Shown: positions 26,489 to 40,837 of the stretch, piece after piece
Layout of the letters: the number at the start of each line of letters is the position of its first letter
Position numbering within the stretch: the stretch's first letter is position 1
The notes under the pieces: model-generated
What the model was told of the DNA's origin: nothing
Database searches by the model: none
What the model saw: only the letters and a program-made list of their open reading frames with translations
Program-made: the position numbers and the translations under genes
Origin: Octopus vulgaris
Lineage: Eukaryota
Direction: 5' to 3'
DNA length: 64,000 bases
Assembly: GCA_951406725.2 (NCBI GenBank)
Contig: OX597822.1
Location: 31,620,001-31,684,000, forward strand

Positions 26489-26910
26489 AGCGCAGGAGTG
26501 GCTGTGTGGTAAGTAGCTTGCTAACCAACCACATGGTTCCGGGTTCAGTCTCACTGCGTGGCATCTTGGGCAAGTGTCTTCTGCTCTAGCCCTGGCCGAC
26601 CAATACCTTGTGGGTGGATTTGGTAGACGGAAACTGAAAGAAGCCTGTCGTTATATATGTATATATATATAAGTGTGTGTGTATATGTTTGTGTGTCTGT
26701 GTTTGTCCCCCTAGCATTGCTTGACAACCGATGCTGGTGTGTTTACATCCCCGTCAATTAGCGGTTCGGCAACAGAGACCGATAGAATAAGTACTGGGCT
26801 TACAAAGAATAAGTCCTGGGGTCGATTTGCTCGACTAAAGGCGGTGCTCCAGCATGGCCGCAGTCAAATGACTGAAACAAGTAAAAGAGTAAAAAAGAGT
26901 AAAAGAGTAA
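26489..26910 (+). mobile_element. SINE family B (tRNA head, CORE-like segment, internal microsatellite, 3' module), full length
   Basis: A box tggctgtgtggt, B box gggttcagtc, cttgggcaagtgtc, internal (TA)(TG) run, (AAAAGAGT)n tail; at least 6 copies in window. Confidence 0.9.
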
Positions 26911-27968
26911 GCAAATAGAGGCAGAAATTAATAAAACATAAAAAAAGAACTAGAAATTGCTATAAAATAATTTTAACGAAAACAAAAATGTAAAAATATA
27001 AAAAGACTACAAGTAAGCAAAGCTTGAACTCAGAACCCAAACGGGTTTATCCAATTAATACATCCCATCACTTCCGCGTTTGACACATTCTACCATCCAA
27101 CACCGCCTCTGCCCTTCGCTAATAAATATTTCATTACCGGATTTCTTTTTATTTACATTCAAATGTAATTCCAACATTCCAACATTAATGTGCTTGCTGT
27201 TATAAACTAATTTAATGATTCAATAAATTTTGACTCGAACTTTAGAAAATCTTGAAACACTAATTAAAATTACAGCTAACTATAATGTACTTCAATAAAT
27301 AGTTTTTGTGTAAATAGGTTTTATTAAATACCTTTTAGGATAAGCTGAATATTCACAGATAATATCTCACGAATTCATTATATATTCATTTCCATAAGTA
27401 ATTTATTTTACACCGCATCTTTTATTATCATTCCTGTTTTCTTTATTTCCTGAAATTTTATAACTTCAGTCATATAATTTTTATTTTAACATTTTTATGA
27501 TCATTAAAGTTCAGAAAATAATATAAAGTTTGAAAAATAACGCACATTTACGTTCGTAGTGATACATGAATTCACAACATTGCTAAACTGTATCGAAAAA
27601 TTTTTGAGATAGCTAAAGTATGTATAGATTTTCATGGTTAAAAATAAATAAATATCATAAATTACTTATGGTCTATTTGTTTTTTAAGCTATAAAAATGA
27701 TCAAGATAAGAAGTTTGTAAGTGGTGTGGTGGAATAGCAGAAACTTTTTTCAACTGCATTGTGTTTTGTTCTAGGTCTTATTATAATAACTCTTGCAATG
27801 ATTAAAATGTAGCAATTTAGAATCAGATACGCGATCGTTTTCCTGTTGAATCTACTGTATTCTCAAGGTAATTCAAATTCAGCACTGAAATCTTACCATA
27901 CAGTCTTTCAATTTCACTGTATTGCTGCTGCTTATTAGCAGTGTAGTATATTCTGCCATAAGAGATAA

Positions 27969-28200
27969 GGCGGCGAGCTGGCAGAAACGTTAGTACGCCG
28001 GGCGAAATGTGTTGCCGTATTTCGTCTGCCGTTACGTTCTGAGTTCAAATTCCGCCGAGGTCGACTTTGCCCTTCATCCTTTCGGAGTCGATGAATTAAG
28101 TACCAGTTACGCACTGGGGTCGATGTAATCGACTTAATCCGTTTGCCTGTCCTTGTTTGTCCCCTCTGTGTTTAGCTCCTTGTGGGTAGTAAAAGAAAAA
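27969..28200 (+). mobile_element. SINE family A, full length with about 20-bp target-site duplication
   Basis: ggcggcgagctggcagaaacg...gagttcaaattcc...; flanks atattctgccataagagataa (27948) and atattctgccatatgagaata (28202). Confidence 0.92.
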
Positions 28201-28699
28201 AATATTCTGCCATATGAGAATAGTCTCCACGAAGAGGATCAGCCCATTACTAATAGCTGCCAAATGTGTCACAATTCACATCCCATCGTCTTAAACAACA
28301 AAAAGAAAGGAACTTTGCCTAAATTTACAGTATGTTCACAGCTCTTTAATGACCCTCTGATGAACGGCATTAAGGAACTGTTGACGATTTCGTAAATATA
28401 CTGGATTGGGAGTACAGAGTGGTAAATATTCTATGCACCGGTTTACAGTTGCATGAGCAAACGAATTTGTGAGTGATATTCCTCAATATCAAACACAATA
28501 AAATTCCGCTCGTTGTTTAAAACATATCGATTTCTCGGTTGTTTATCTAATAATCTAACAACATTAAAATCCGCATATTCTAATTTAAAAATACAGAATA
28601 AAATATGGAAGAACATTTAGTCACTAACGAGGCGTTCAAGGAGAGCAATTCTGTATCTGAAAAGTCCTGGTTTACAGCATGAGCTGCAATCGGCTGTAC

Positions 28700-29800
28700 A
28701 TTAAGTATCTTTAGAATAAATAGCAAAAGTCATTCAACAAACTACCAACAAAAGAAATATACAGAAAGACCCCTGGATTAGATGGTATTACAGGAGAAAC
28801 ATTAAACGCAGATAAATGCGACTGCAAGGGATTTCTTGACACATTTTCGTAATATATTGCATATTCAACAGATCCCTAAAGATTGGAATTCCGACATAGT
28901 AACAACGATATCAAAAAAGAGGAATGTCCCAAAGCGTGTGGATTTTAGAGCGCTATAACCCTGAGCAGTATAGTATTAAAAGAGTTTAGTTAGTTATTCT
29001 GTATAGGGAACGTAAAGGCGCGTGGCTTAGTGGTTAGAGTATTTGGCTCACGATTGTACGGTCATGAGTTCAATTCCCGGTGGCGCGTTGTGTCTTTCAG
29101 CAAGATACATTTTTCATGTTGCTCCAGATCATCAGTTGAGAAAAAATGAGTAGTGTCTGTAGTTAAAAGGGCCAGCCTTGTCATATGATGCGTCACGGTT
29201 AATCTCCTTGAGAACTACGTTAACGGTACACGTGTCTGTGGACTGCTCAGCCACTTAGCCGTTAATTTCACGAGCAGGCTGTTCCGGTGTTTGGATCAAC
29301 TGGAACCCTCGCCGTCGTAATCGATAGAGTACCAGTTATAGGGTACTGATCGTACTGGACAGTCAAGTAAGGGATAAATAAGCAGACTTTCAGAGATGCT
29401 GATATTGTACGGGCCACATAGTTATGCTCATACGTTTATATAACAATATTTGAAATTGAGATGGACTTTGATAGTGGTTTTATACATTTTAAAAAATACA
29501 TTTGGTAGCACTGAGTGGGCTGCGTACTACGCATGCAAGAAATATATCTCACTTCAACGGATACGATTGATCGATTGATGCCGCGTATATAGCTTCCTCA
29601 GTAAATCATTTGAATTAGGAACTGATTTACTATAAAAGATTGTTTTCTCTGCTCTCTTATTTAATGTTTCACTAAATTACAGAATAGAAAAATAGAATTG
29701 GAGGAAGATGTAGATCTAAGGGAAAGAGCTGAACAAACATCTAGAAAGTATTTAGCGGTACCGGATTATGTTGACACATTCTTCTACGTATTCACGGAAC
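28700..29800 (+). mobile_element. Highly decayed APE-type LINE (RTE/CR1-like) reverse-transcriptase remnant, interrupted by SINE C
   Basis: RKTPGLDGITGETLN...IPKDWNSDIVTTISKKRN..DFR/AITLSSIVLK (early RT motifs); RT-like sequence resumes after 29345. Confidence 0.65.
29016..29336 (+). mobile_element. tRNA-derived SINE family C
   Basis: A box tggcttagtgg, B box gagttcaattccc, core ttgtgtctttcagcaagatac...gttgctccag; related copy at 60860-61085. Confidence 0.8.
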
Positions 29801-32062
29801 GGTAAATATATTAGGTATGAGAAATAATTATTTTTGTGACATTAAAAAAAAGAAACATCAATATAAATAAAACTATGAAGACCGAACAGGCGGGTGGCAA
29901 TATTAGCTCTTTGGATGAGTACATAATATATCAATCAGATATATCTAAACACATCGGATTTTTATTTCAAATTAATGAGGTCTTTAAAATGTGAACTCAT
30001 TGAACCAATTAAGAAGACAAATCAAATTACACGCTATGACTGATTTCAGATATGTGTGTATTGCCTTGATTGCCGAAACGTGCAAATATTACACTATAGG
30101 ATGCCAGCAGGAAACGTTCTGTTTGTGAATATCATAAGGAGAATCCTTACATAGCAATCACAACGTAGATAATGTATTTATAATCCTTCAAAATAAAGCA
30201 GCACAGCGATAATACCATACATATAATAACACATAAAGAGGCTTGTAGCCTGAAATTGGGAGCTATGAATTTAGGGAATTATATCAATTTTAGTACTTGG
30301 CTGGTACTATATTTTTCAGAAGGGTCACATGAAAGCTGATTATGAATTCAGGATCTAAATTATCAAGAAAATATCAGAAGACATTTTGTCAGACGCTCTA
30401 ACGATTCTGCCAATCCACCGCCCTTCTATGGGAATAACAGATGAGAAATCGATGAAGATGACTTATATATGAAGCATTCAAGTGGACAATCCATCGTACC
30501 AGTATCAGAGCAATACTTTGTCTTACTTGATGGAAAACAATGATCAGAAAGTGATCACGACTAAGTGGAGATTAAGAGACACGACAAAGAAGACGGGTGT
30601 GGATAGTCGTCCTTCGTGACAAGTGATGTTGGCAGCATTAAGAGTAACAATATCACGTAAAAGTTTGTCATTTCCAGTCTGAAATCTCTCTCGAAACGAA
30701 TTTCGTTTTTCGAAGTCAATCGAAATTTGGTAAACATTATTAATTGTTTCTGTCCAACACTTTAACAAACACAATGTCAATAGGAACTTAGTTTGACGTC
30801 TGTGAAATAAATTATCTGAATAGTAGATAAATTAATCATCCAAAGTACGTGGCTTCATTGAAATAACCTCTTCTCTGACTCATATGCAAATTAACCTTTT
30901 CATCGACCATAATTTCATTATAAGAGAAACTTGTTATTAGTAGTTGTTTACCTCTTTGTCTGGCGTTGATTGAAATAATAGCGAAAAAGAAAAAAAAAAG
31001 ATTATTGGCTGCTACCTGTTTTCTCATTTGACTACCTGGAACCATTTAATAGTCGTAATTTGCCTGACAACGAGATACAGAAAATATGGCATCCTCCCGT
31101 AGCCTATGGACTTTGAGGAATTCATTCTCCATAACAACATAGCCACACAGCCACTTTAAATAATTTTCTTTTCTTCAATTCGTTAGTGATTCATAGATAA
31201 TCGATCAACACTGATATGAATTGGCAATCAACGGATTTCGGCGCTCTTTAGAATTGGTTGCATTGAACATTGATGACAGCGTCTATGCGGGTCATTCCAA
31301 AAGCAGGAAGCTACGTGAAGTGAGAAACAGAAAATAAAATGATAAATAAATAGCAAAGTTGTTATCATATTTGCTTTCTTTCCTTTCTCATTCTTTATAT
31401 CTTTTGTTATCGTCCATGCTATTGTTGTTTTATAATGGTATGAATTCATAATGTTGTCGTTGGTGTTGCTGTCGTCGATGATATTGGTGTTTGCGGTATT
31501 GTTGTCCTCTGCTGCTGTTGTTTATGATGTTGCCGTTGTTGTTTTATTCTTTGTTGTTCCTGTCTGTTATACAAACTTGAGACCAGTATAATGACGACCG
31601 GTTTAGCCATTATTGTCTCTTTTAATAACAGCAGCGTTCCGATTATTTCCATTCATTGTCCGTTTGATTCTAATCATTCTGACTACGTCTTTTGTGACGA
31701 TGACTTTGTTACTGCTGATTGCTACTGTTGCTGCTGTTTTCCTTGTTGATCCTATTCTCACCTATTTTAAAAGCCCCTAATATAGGCACAAACTAGAAAT
31801 TTCGTGAAAGGGGCAAAATCTGCTTACATTGATTTCGGCACTTGACTGATACTTAATTTATCGTCCACTGAAAAATGAAACTTCGACAAGACTTGAACTT
31901 TGCAAAATTGCAAAGAGTTCATTTCTCGTTTGGAAAACATTACCTTTTCATTCATCAGCAACGGATAAAACTAAATACCAGTCAAATATGGAACCGATAG
32001 CATCAAATCATCCGTTATTTTCTAAACTGCTAACCGTGTGCGTAACTTAGAACTACAACTAA

Positions 32063-32101
<39 letters not shown>

Positions 32102-32199
32102 AAAGAAGACTGCACATGGAGACAAATTGGTCAAGGATTTCATTTTGTTGTTTACATGCACGACATCCGTAGATATTCTATCAATACAAGGGTGTCCTT

Positions 32200-32780
32200 A
32201 TAATTGTGCGTTTTCCCAAAGTTCTTGCACTTCTACTTTTGAAGGGACATACTTTGCTGTAACTAGTATTTTCTTTATCTTCCTGTAAAAATGCTTTGGG
32301 TTATTTAACATGTTTTCCTTGAAGAAAATGGAGTGCTTTTCATACCGTGCTATTCGGGCATCTTTAGCAGATACATTTTGCTTGATAGTTTCTATGGTGG
32401 TATCAATGTCAAGTATGGTTGTCTTATTATACCTTTTCTTTAATCTGCAGATTACTGTTGGTTTGATATTCTTATCAAACTTGAGGTGTTTTAAGAATTC
32501 TATGTCATATATAAGTGACTGAATTCGTTCTTCGATAATCGCTTGCCAAATAGGTTATTTGGGGCAATGTCATCGCTTCTTAATTTTTTAGAATCATTGA
32601 TATCTTTACGGATGCATAGTACAGGGGATTTAGATCTTTAATACCAACATCATTAGCCGAAATTATATCTTTAAGTGCAGGGCTGATTTCACCAATTACT
32701 TACAGGTTTTGGTTAGAGTTTCGAAATTTCGGTAGAATGTCACGTTCATTCATACTGGTTTCATTAATTTTCATCCACTC
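32200..32780 (-). mobile_element. R4/Dong-like non-LTR retrotransposon fragment (pre-RT region)
   Basis: Minus-strand IETIKQNVSAKDARIARYEKHSIFFKENMLNNPKHFYRKIKK...PSKVEVQELWEN matches my recall of the R4/Dong pattern LKQ..A...R..RY....F..N...N.K.FYR...P...V..FW. Confidence 0.7.
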
Positions 32781-32864
32781 AATCATAATGAGATTTTTTA
32801 GATCATCTAGTTCTGTTAGGTCAGCCTCTGATTTATTTCTGTATCGTTATTATTATTGTTATTA

Positions 32865-32913
<49 letters not shown>

Positions 32914-32914
<1 letters not shown>

Positions 32915-33130
32915 GTGTAGGAGAATAGCTCATGCTACGTAAGTGACACTGGGGCAAAAATATGTAGCTCAATATACCCATCATGCCTATCCTTATCATT
33001 AAGGGTGCAATAGGCGAATGCATCCCAGCCATGTGTGCGCAACAAGGTGATCTCAAATCAAGACAACCAGCGTTTAACCATGTAGGTGGGCCGCAGTTAG
33101 AATTTGTTTAAGTCAAGTAGTCCATCCCAT
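32914..33130 (-). mobile_element. Family D (TAA)n-tailed retroposon 3' end, diverged
   Basis: Similar to 20089-20250; abuts the (TTA)n run 32846-32913. Confidence 0.6.
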
Positions 33131-33177
33131 CTTGTGCCTAGAGTAGAAAAGATTATTATTGTTATTATTATTACTAA

Positions 33178-33830
33178 GGCTGTGAGCTGGCAGAATCATT
33201 GGTACGCCGGGCGAATTGCATAGCGGCATTTCGTCCGTCTTTACCTTTACGTTCTGAGTCCAAATTCCCCCGAGGTTGACTTTGCATTTCATTCTTTCAA
33301 GGTCGATAAATTACGTACCAGTTGCATACCGTGGTCAATGTAATCTACTAGTCCACTTCCCCAAAATTACCTTTAGTAGAAAGGATTATTATTATTACTA
33401 CTAAGGTAATGAGCTGGCAGAATTATCAGCACGCCGGGCAAAATGCTTAGCAGTATTCCCTCCATCTCGACGACCTGAGTTCAAATTCTGTCGACGTCAA
33501 ATACGCCTTTGATTCCTTCGAGGTCGATAAATTAAGTAGCAGCTGCATACTGTGATTTACTATCCTCCTATTCACAAATGTCAGTCTTTGTGCCTACACT
33601 ACAATGGATTATTTGTATTAGGACGGCTTTATAGTAGAATCATTTGATCGTCTGAAAAATATATTTCGGCGTTTGTTTCGGATCTTTATATTCTATGTTT
33701 AGATCCTACTGACGTCATTTTTTTATTTGTTTAAATAAAATACAAGTAAAGTACTGTGCTCGATATAATTGCATTAGATCCCACCCCACTCCCTACCGCA
33801 ATTTTTATTCCTGTCTTTTATCATAAACAA
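33178..33830 (+). mobile_element. Three successive, increasingly diverged SINE A variants
   Basis: Units start near 33178, 33404 and 33620; the first two begin with gagctggcagaat and are separated by ATT runs. Confidence 0.8.
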
Positions 33831-33859
33831 TTAATATTGTTATAGTCACTTCATATTCG

Positions 33860-34350
33860 ACTACTTCGGGGGCGATTATTGCGTCATTGAAACAACCACA
33901 TTATTTCCTTTTTATTAACTATAATAAATACGTATAACATTTATTTTATCTGTTTAACTATTAATCTTGATTTTACTTTGAAGTGGCAATACATAATAAT
34001 TACTGTCGTTCAGATTCAGGGTCAACGAAGTACATGCATCACTCATTTAAATTCTATTATTTTTATCGCTAAAGCTGTAATTTTATGAGATATAAAATAT
34101 GTGTACATTTATATGATTTATTTGAATATAGATCTTGATTTAACGTTAAAGTAGAAATACGTTCCGCTAATAGTTGCATTCGGGTTCAACGGAGTACATC
34201 TAGCCTTCATCTAAATTCAATATTCTTTCTCGACGAAAAAGAAATTTTACAAATTCAAACACGTATAAAATTTATTTCATTTATCTTAAATATAAATCTT
34301 GATTTGACATTTGAGGAATGTATTCAAATAGAAATATCTTTTAATAGGTG
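33860..34350. repeat. Old tandem repeat, about 165-bp unit, 2.5-3 copies
   Basis: Recurring attcRggKtcaacgRagtacat and atttat...atcttgattt at about 165-bp spacing. Confidence 0.6.
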
Positions 34351-35363
34351 TGTATAGTACGTATGTCTTAATGCACATATGCGCATGATACTTAAGTGAA
34401 TAAGGTTTTCGTTTTTCTTCTTCTTTCTCTTAGTGTCTAAATTAGCGATGGCTTCTCCTCTCCCTTTCTTAGAAATGAAAAACCAAATACATATGGATCG
34501 GACACGAGTTCATGTAGTTTTACTTTAATACCAACGCATGTGTTTCATTGTTTTTCCTGGCACTGCGCCTAATTCGAGTCACCTCCTTCGGTCCAGTTAT
34601 CAGAAATAACTAACAAAGAATCCAAAACTTATTACCTAACGACTTATCAGCATCATTTGATAGTTCCGTCCAACCCTGTTGGTCTTCACGTAGTTATTCT
34701 CGGAAAGATTATATTTGAGTGTTTTCACATTGCTTAATCTATTAATCTAGGCCCACAGGAAGAACTGAACTGCGCAATGCAACCTAACAAAGCACTTAGT
34801 AATTTCTCCACTGCTGCGGTTGATTCTGTTGGCGCGTGGTTACTATTTACGGTACTTATTTATGGCTAGATAGACTTCGCTATTTAAAAGTTATGTTCTG
34901 TGATCACAGATATAACATAGTGTTAATGAAACATATGAAATGCTATCGTAAATCCTAAGCTAGTGTCTCTTAATCTTTTGTAACTGGAGATTACATACAT
35001 TTAAAAGGTTTTTTTTTTAAATATTTAAAAGTGAAGTATTCTTTATATTGTTTTTTAATCATACTATTTGTGACTTAGTAAATTATGTATAACACGATTT
35101 TCGAGACACTCAAACATTAATTTAAGTTTTCTAAAAACTTGCATAATTGCATAATACCTTCAAAAATGTGTATTGCATTCTAGATACCACTGAACCCTAT
35201 CATTCTAAGAGTACACCTTTAGGCTATTTGTGTTCTCATCTGATGAACAATTTTAAGGCGTAGTTTTTAAAATCTAATTTGTTTAGCGCAATTTCTCATT
35301 GCTTTTATCACGTAAAATCGAAGCTATTTGATTGTAGTTTTGATTCGTTTTGTCACACACACA

Positions 35364-35475
<112 letters not shown>

Positions 35476-36756
35476 AACAGGAACGCATGAATACTTATTT
35501 GTGTACCTACACTTTCGGCGTTCTAATTATACCCGATGATTGTTCTTGAAACAAATATCATTGAACCAGAAACAAAGTGAAATAAATCACAGAACGATAG
35601 TGAGATCAAGAGGCCATTTCAACGGAGATTGATCAAAGTGCTGGTATGATAACATCTTGGAAAATAGGAGAGAGAGAGAGAACATAATGAGACATCGTCA
35701 AATGAAAAATACCACAAAACATATTCCAATCGTACACAAATACTAATGGCACAAAAAAAAAGAGAAAAAAAAAAGCTACGAAACGTAAGAGAGAAGAATT
35801 CATAAGCAGAAAGATAAATGGTGTAAAAATACTCCAAAAGAAACAACAGATGACAAATCCTGTACGTAGTTAATCATTCGGTTAAAAACAGCCGCCACAT
35901 CTTCATCGAATTACATATTACTATTTGAAATAAAGGCTACCATTGGAAACATATGGCCGGGGCTATTCTAAAAACAAAAAGAAGCAAAACACAAAAAACA
36001 TGGTACTCACGGTGGAAAGTCTTTTGTGTTGGGTATGGAGAACTAACTATATCTAACAATAATTTGGTAACGAGGATCTGTCTTGAAAGTGACCGTTTGG
36101 CCTCCTATATAAAGCAGCTAAATTCCCCAATGAAAAAGGATAAAAAACGAACAGCACATCGAAGTTGGTAGACCTTGATACAGAGGCAAAAAGGATAGGA
36201 AAAGAAAACTAGATGTCTCCCGCCTGCTTTGCTTCGATCAAATCTCCGCTCGATCAGGGCTGATACATGAGTCGAACGTCATAATTAATGAAAAACAAAA
36301 TTAGTAATTATAACTGTGTAATAATAACCTTAGCTTTACATCGCAAACGACCACAAGAATAAGCCATCAAGACACGAATATTTCTCGAAGTTTGTATGCA
36401 AATAAAATGGTGTTGTGGGAATAAAGTGCAGTCTTAAAAAATTCGATACAGTAATGCATACAACTTTTACAATGATACAGGATGTTGCAGTTATTAAAAC
36501 AAATATACAGGGCCGTATCGACAGCAGTATAGGACAAAGGTATGCAAAAATAGAGAATTTATTTATTGGTATTACTCCAGAGCTGACATAGATAGACGTT
36601 GTGTTCATGACACTGGAAAATTGTTCAAATATCACTAACCTATACCGTATCTTAGTACACACAACCTCATTCCTCTCCCCTTCCTCTCTCTCACTCTATC
36701 CCTAATTAATCAATTCTTTGTCTATCTCCCTATCTATTTATGAATCAATCAATCAG

Positions 36757-36845
<89 letters not shown>

Positions 36846-36853
36846 TTATCTAT

Positions 36854-36896
<43 letters not shown>
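36757..36896. repeat. (TATC)n microsatellite
   Basis: Direct reading. Confidence 0.95.
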
Positions 36897-37100
36897 CAGT
36901 AATACCTCAATTTACGAGGACTTGAACTACGAGAACCCAGGTTTACGATCTTTATTTTTCAAGCACAAGATTCAAATTTTGAACGAAGGGCAAAAGTTTC
37001 TTCTGCCATAACAAATGTTTTTGCGTGTTTACCGAGAAACTCATAGAGAGCGACAAAAAAAAAAGCTTTTTCTAAGCAAACAACTCTAGACTTGCGTTTT

Positions 37101-37480
37101 TGGCTGTGTGATAAGTAGCTGGCTTACCAACCACATGATTCCTGGTTCAGTCCCACTGCATGGCAACTTGGGCAGGTGCCTTCTACTATAGCCTCGAGCC
37201 GACCAATGCCTGTGAGTGGATTTGGTAGACGGAAACCGAAAGAAGCCCGTCACATATAAGTATATATATATATGTGTGTGTGTGTGTGTTTGCCCCCCCC
37301 CCCACATCGCTTGACAACCGATGCTGGTGTATTTGCGTCCACGTAACTTAGCGTTTCGGCAAGTGAGACCGATAGATTAAGTACTAGACTTACAAAGAAT
37401 AAGTCATGGGGTCAATTTGCTCGACTAAAGGCGGTGCTCCAGCATGGCCGCAGTCAAATGAATGAAACAAGTAAAAGACT
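37101..37480 (+). mobile_element. SINE family B, apparently inserted in a Tigger-like remnant starting at 36897
   Basis: Aligns to 26489-26910; upstream ta|cagtaatacctcaatttacgag resembles a Tigger end. Confidence 0.88.
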
Positions 37481-37802
37481 ATGTCCGTCTTACGAGTTCT
37501 TATGAATCGGCGATCAAGTCTACAAGTGATGGTGCGCACAAGTCTAGTGCAATTTAAGGTGGTTAAGAAAACAATAATAACGATAATATTTTTTATTATA
37601 AAAGATCTTGACAGTTATTTTACTTTACATATAATATTCCTTACGTTCTACTCTTGCTTTATTGCCATTTATTTACTAGTATTATATATTTTAAAAGTAA
37701 AATATTTTTTACGATTTATAACATTGTTATTATAGGAAATTATTGTTCTGCTTTACGATTGGTCTCCGGGAACAAATTAACTGGTATGTCGAAGCATTAC
37801 TG

Positions 37803-37930
<128 letters not shown>

Positions 37931-40186
37931 GAGTGGCTGTTGTCACGTCGTCTCCCATAAGTCTTTTAACATGTATCTGTTTGTTTCAGTGCATTTGCAA
38001 ATAATTTTTGTGAAAGAGGTGCTTAACAACATATGCTTTCACCTGAGCGAGTTTTTCGCTAAGGGTGAATTTTGGGATTTTAAAATTGCATCTTCAAAAT
38101 CTCGTTCATGAAAAAAAAAAATGGCTAGTCATTCTGAAACCAACAGCGTCCCAATAATCAATTCCAATGAGGGATTTCCTTTGTTGCCACCGACAACAAG
38201 GAAAAAGAAAAATATCAATTCACTTTCACACACACACAATGGAAAAACGACGACACACATATTGACGCAGGCGTTCTTTCCGAACGAGTCGGAAGGGAAA
38301 GCAAACAAAATGAGTACATGCCTAAGACATGTCCCCACCGCTGCCACCAACACTGTCACCACCACCGCCACCACAGACATGAACAAAGTAATTTTGCTTC
38401 TATTTAGAGGTTTAACAAACATTTAGTATCCTTCTCAACAGAAAAACTACTACATTGCAAACTGTTGTTAAACAAAGAAGACAGATAAACCTGAACTCTT
38501 CCACAAACCATTGTGTAGGACAATTAAAAAGAAACCATAATTTATAAACACTGAACATAAAAAATAAGTGACTGGAACAGGCCACTCAACAAATAGTTGA
38601 GAAGTGCCTGCGCTCCATATTGGCTTTAAAATATATCGCAAGGGACAAAAGATTTGTCACGATCGAGGAAAGATTCGACACGAGAGCACACAAAATAACT
38701 CCCCACAAAGAATCTCGAGTGTGAGGAATTTATAATGTATCTCACTTACCTCGGCCGTCGGGTGACGAAGATAAGAGTTAAAGATGTGCTCCCTGACATA
38801 GAAATATGGCTGGCGTCAGCCATCTGTTATGATTTTGAAGAAGAAATAAATATATTAGAAATTGCCGACCTGAAACAGAAAAACTGGTTTGGACAGCAGT
38901 TAGAGCTATTAATCCACGCAAATCGACAGACGATTGAAAATCTCCCAGATTTAATACAACCTCCGGGTGGCACAACCCTACGTGTGGCCATTGAAGATAG
39001 AAGGCCACGTTGCTACCTATGTGGTAACAAAAACCATCTTGAAATAGACTGTAAATTAACAAAACAACAACAAAACCAAAAGCCCATCAGCATACCAGCA
39101 CTTATTCATACCGCCATCAGCACAACAGATAAAAGAGCTCTACCAGCAGATGAGACAACTCCCCCAACCAACAACACCAGTTAACCCAACCAATCAACAC
39201 CATCATCAGCGCCATCAAGAACAGAAGCAACACCATCACCACCACCACCACCACCGCCACCACCACCACCACCACCACCACCACCACCACCAACACAACA
39301 ACAACAACAACAACAATTACAGAAGAAGCACGAAAACCAGGAGAAGGAAAAGAATAGTTGACCTGCTTATTCAAGACCGCTTTCGGGCAACGACCTATGG
39401 ACAATTTCCAGACATCTCTTGTCTGAGAGTGCTATCGGGAAGCTTGTTCGTTCGAGATACACTCTTCAGACACGTTTCAAGAAAAACCCGACCGACCTGT
39501 CCGACATGCGGTCAGAGCGACAAAACCGTTCTGTACGCCCTCGTGCAATGTTCAAACATTTCAGACCTGTGGGCCTGTGTTGAACGGCTGTTGTCACGTG
39601 TGGGACGAATTCGGTTCTCGGCCGAGTCCATCGTGAATATTGCCCAGCCACCTTCCTTTAACCGGGATGGCAAGGCAATTTTCAATGTAAATGAAAGAAT
39701 TTGTATGGTGGACTCGTTTGAAAGGTTTAGAGACAAACACTTCCCTCTCTGGCCAACCTCTTATCAACTTTTTCAAGCATCACTTGAAAATGAAGGTGAA
39801 AAAAGAGAGGTATGTTTTGCCTAATGAAAAGTTTAACAAAAGATGGATGAATGTGCCAAGGATGGCACGCATGAATGAAGGAACCACTTTCAGCATGATC
39901 CTATAAAATAGAGAAACAGAACTTTGCTCTCATGTTAAGTTTTTTGTTTTCCGTTTCCGAGGTTACCGTGATTCTTTTTCGTAGTCTTTTCTTTCCACGG
40001 ATAATCATAGTCAATATCATATTTATCCCCGCTTTTGGGAACTATAATTGTCAAAAACGATACATTTGTTATTTCCTTGTGTGCACGTCCCAAAACGTTT
40101 CCAAACCCTTTTGAAAGTTTTCGAAAAGAAAATTTCTACATTGTATTATCCTCTCTGTGTTCGTCCCTGCGTGGCCAATAAAGAAA
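37931..40186 (+). mobile_element. Internally deleted Tx1/L1-clade non-LTR retrotransposon (broken ORF1 plus ORF2 C-terminus)
   Basis: ORF 38735-39184 carries a gag-like CCHC knuckle CYLCGNKNHLEIDC; 39400-39900 encodes zf-RVT-like CPTCGQSDKTVLYALVQC..LW and KEFVWWTR...KFNKRW; AATAAA at the 3' end; no EN/RT core. Confidence 0.8.
38735..39184 (+). pseudogene. Retrotransposon ORF1 fragment with CCHC zinc knuckle
   Basis: CX2CX4HX4C preceded by RRPR; upstream frames are disrupted. Confidence 0.7.
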
Positions 40187-40524
<338 letters not shown>

Positions 40525-40781
40525 TAAGTAGTTTCTCTAGCTACGTGTAGGTTATTACAAAAGTACTCAGCATTACTTCTTAAAGCAGATACATCTGTAA
40601 GCTAATGAAGGTGCTTACATTACTCCTGTTTTATGCCTTTCTTTAATTGATAGTGTGCACCGTAATCACGTGATGTCTTTAGTCTAAATGCTAAATATAA
40701 TAAGTTCTAACAATCGGCAAGTAGTATCGCAGTGTCTAAGCAAAACCATAACACGCACACACACACACACACACAGACACA

Positions 40782-40837
<56 letters not shown>

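Noticed and set aside
26721-26918. Near-identical small ORFs MTTDAGVF... at 26721 and 41276
   Set aside because: Both lie within SINE B copies; the similarity reflects the repeat, not a protein family
39150-39824. 224-aa His-rich ORF as a host gene
   Set aside because: (CAC)n tract fused to a frameshifted retrotransposon ORF2 C-terminus
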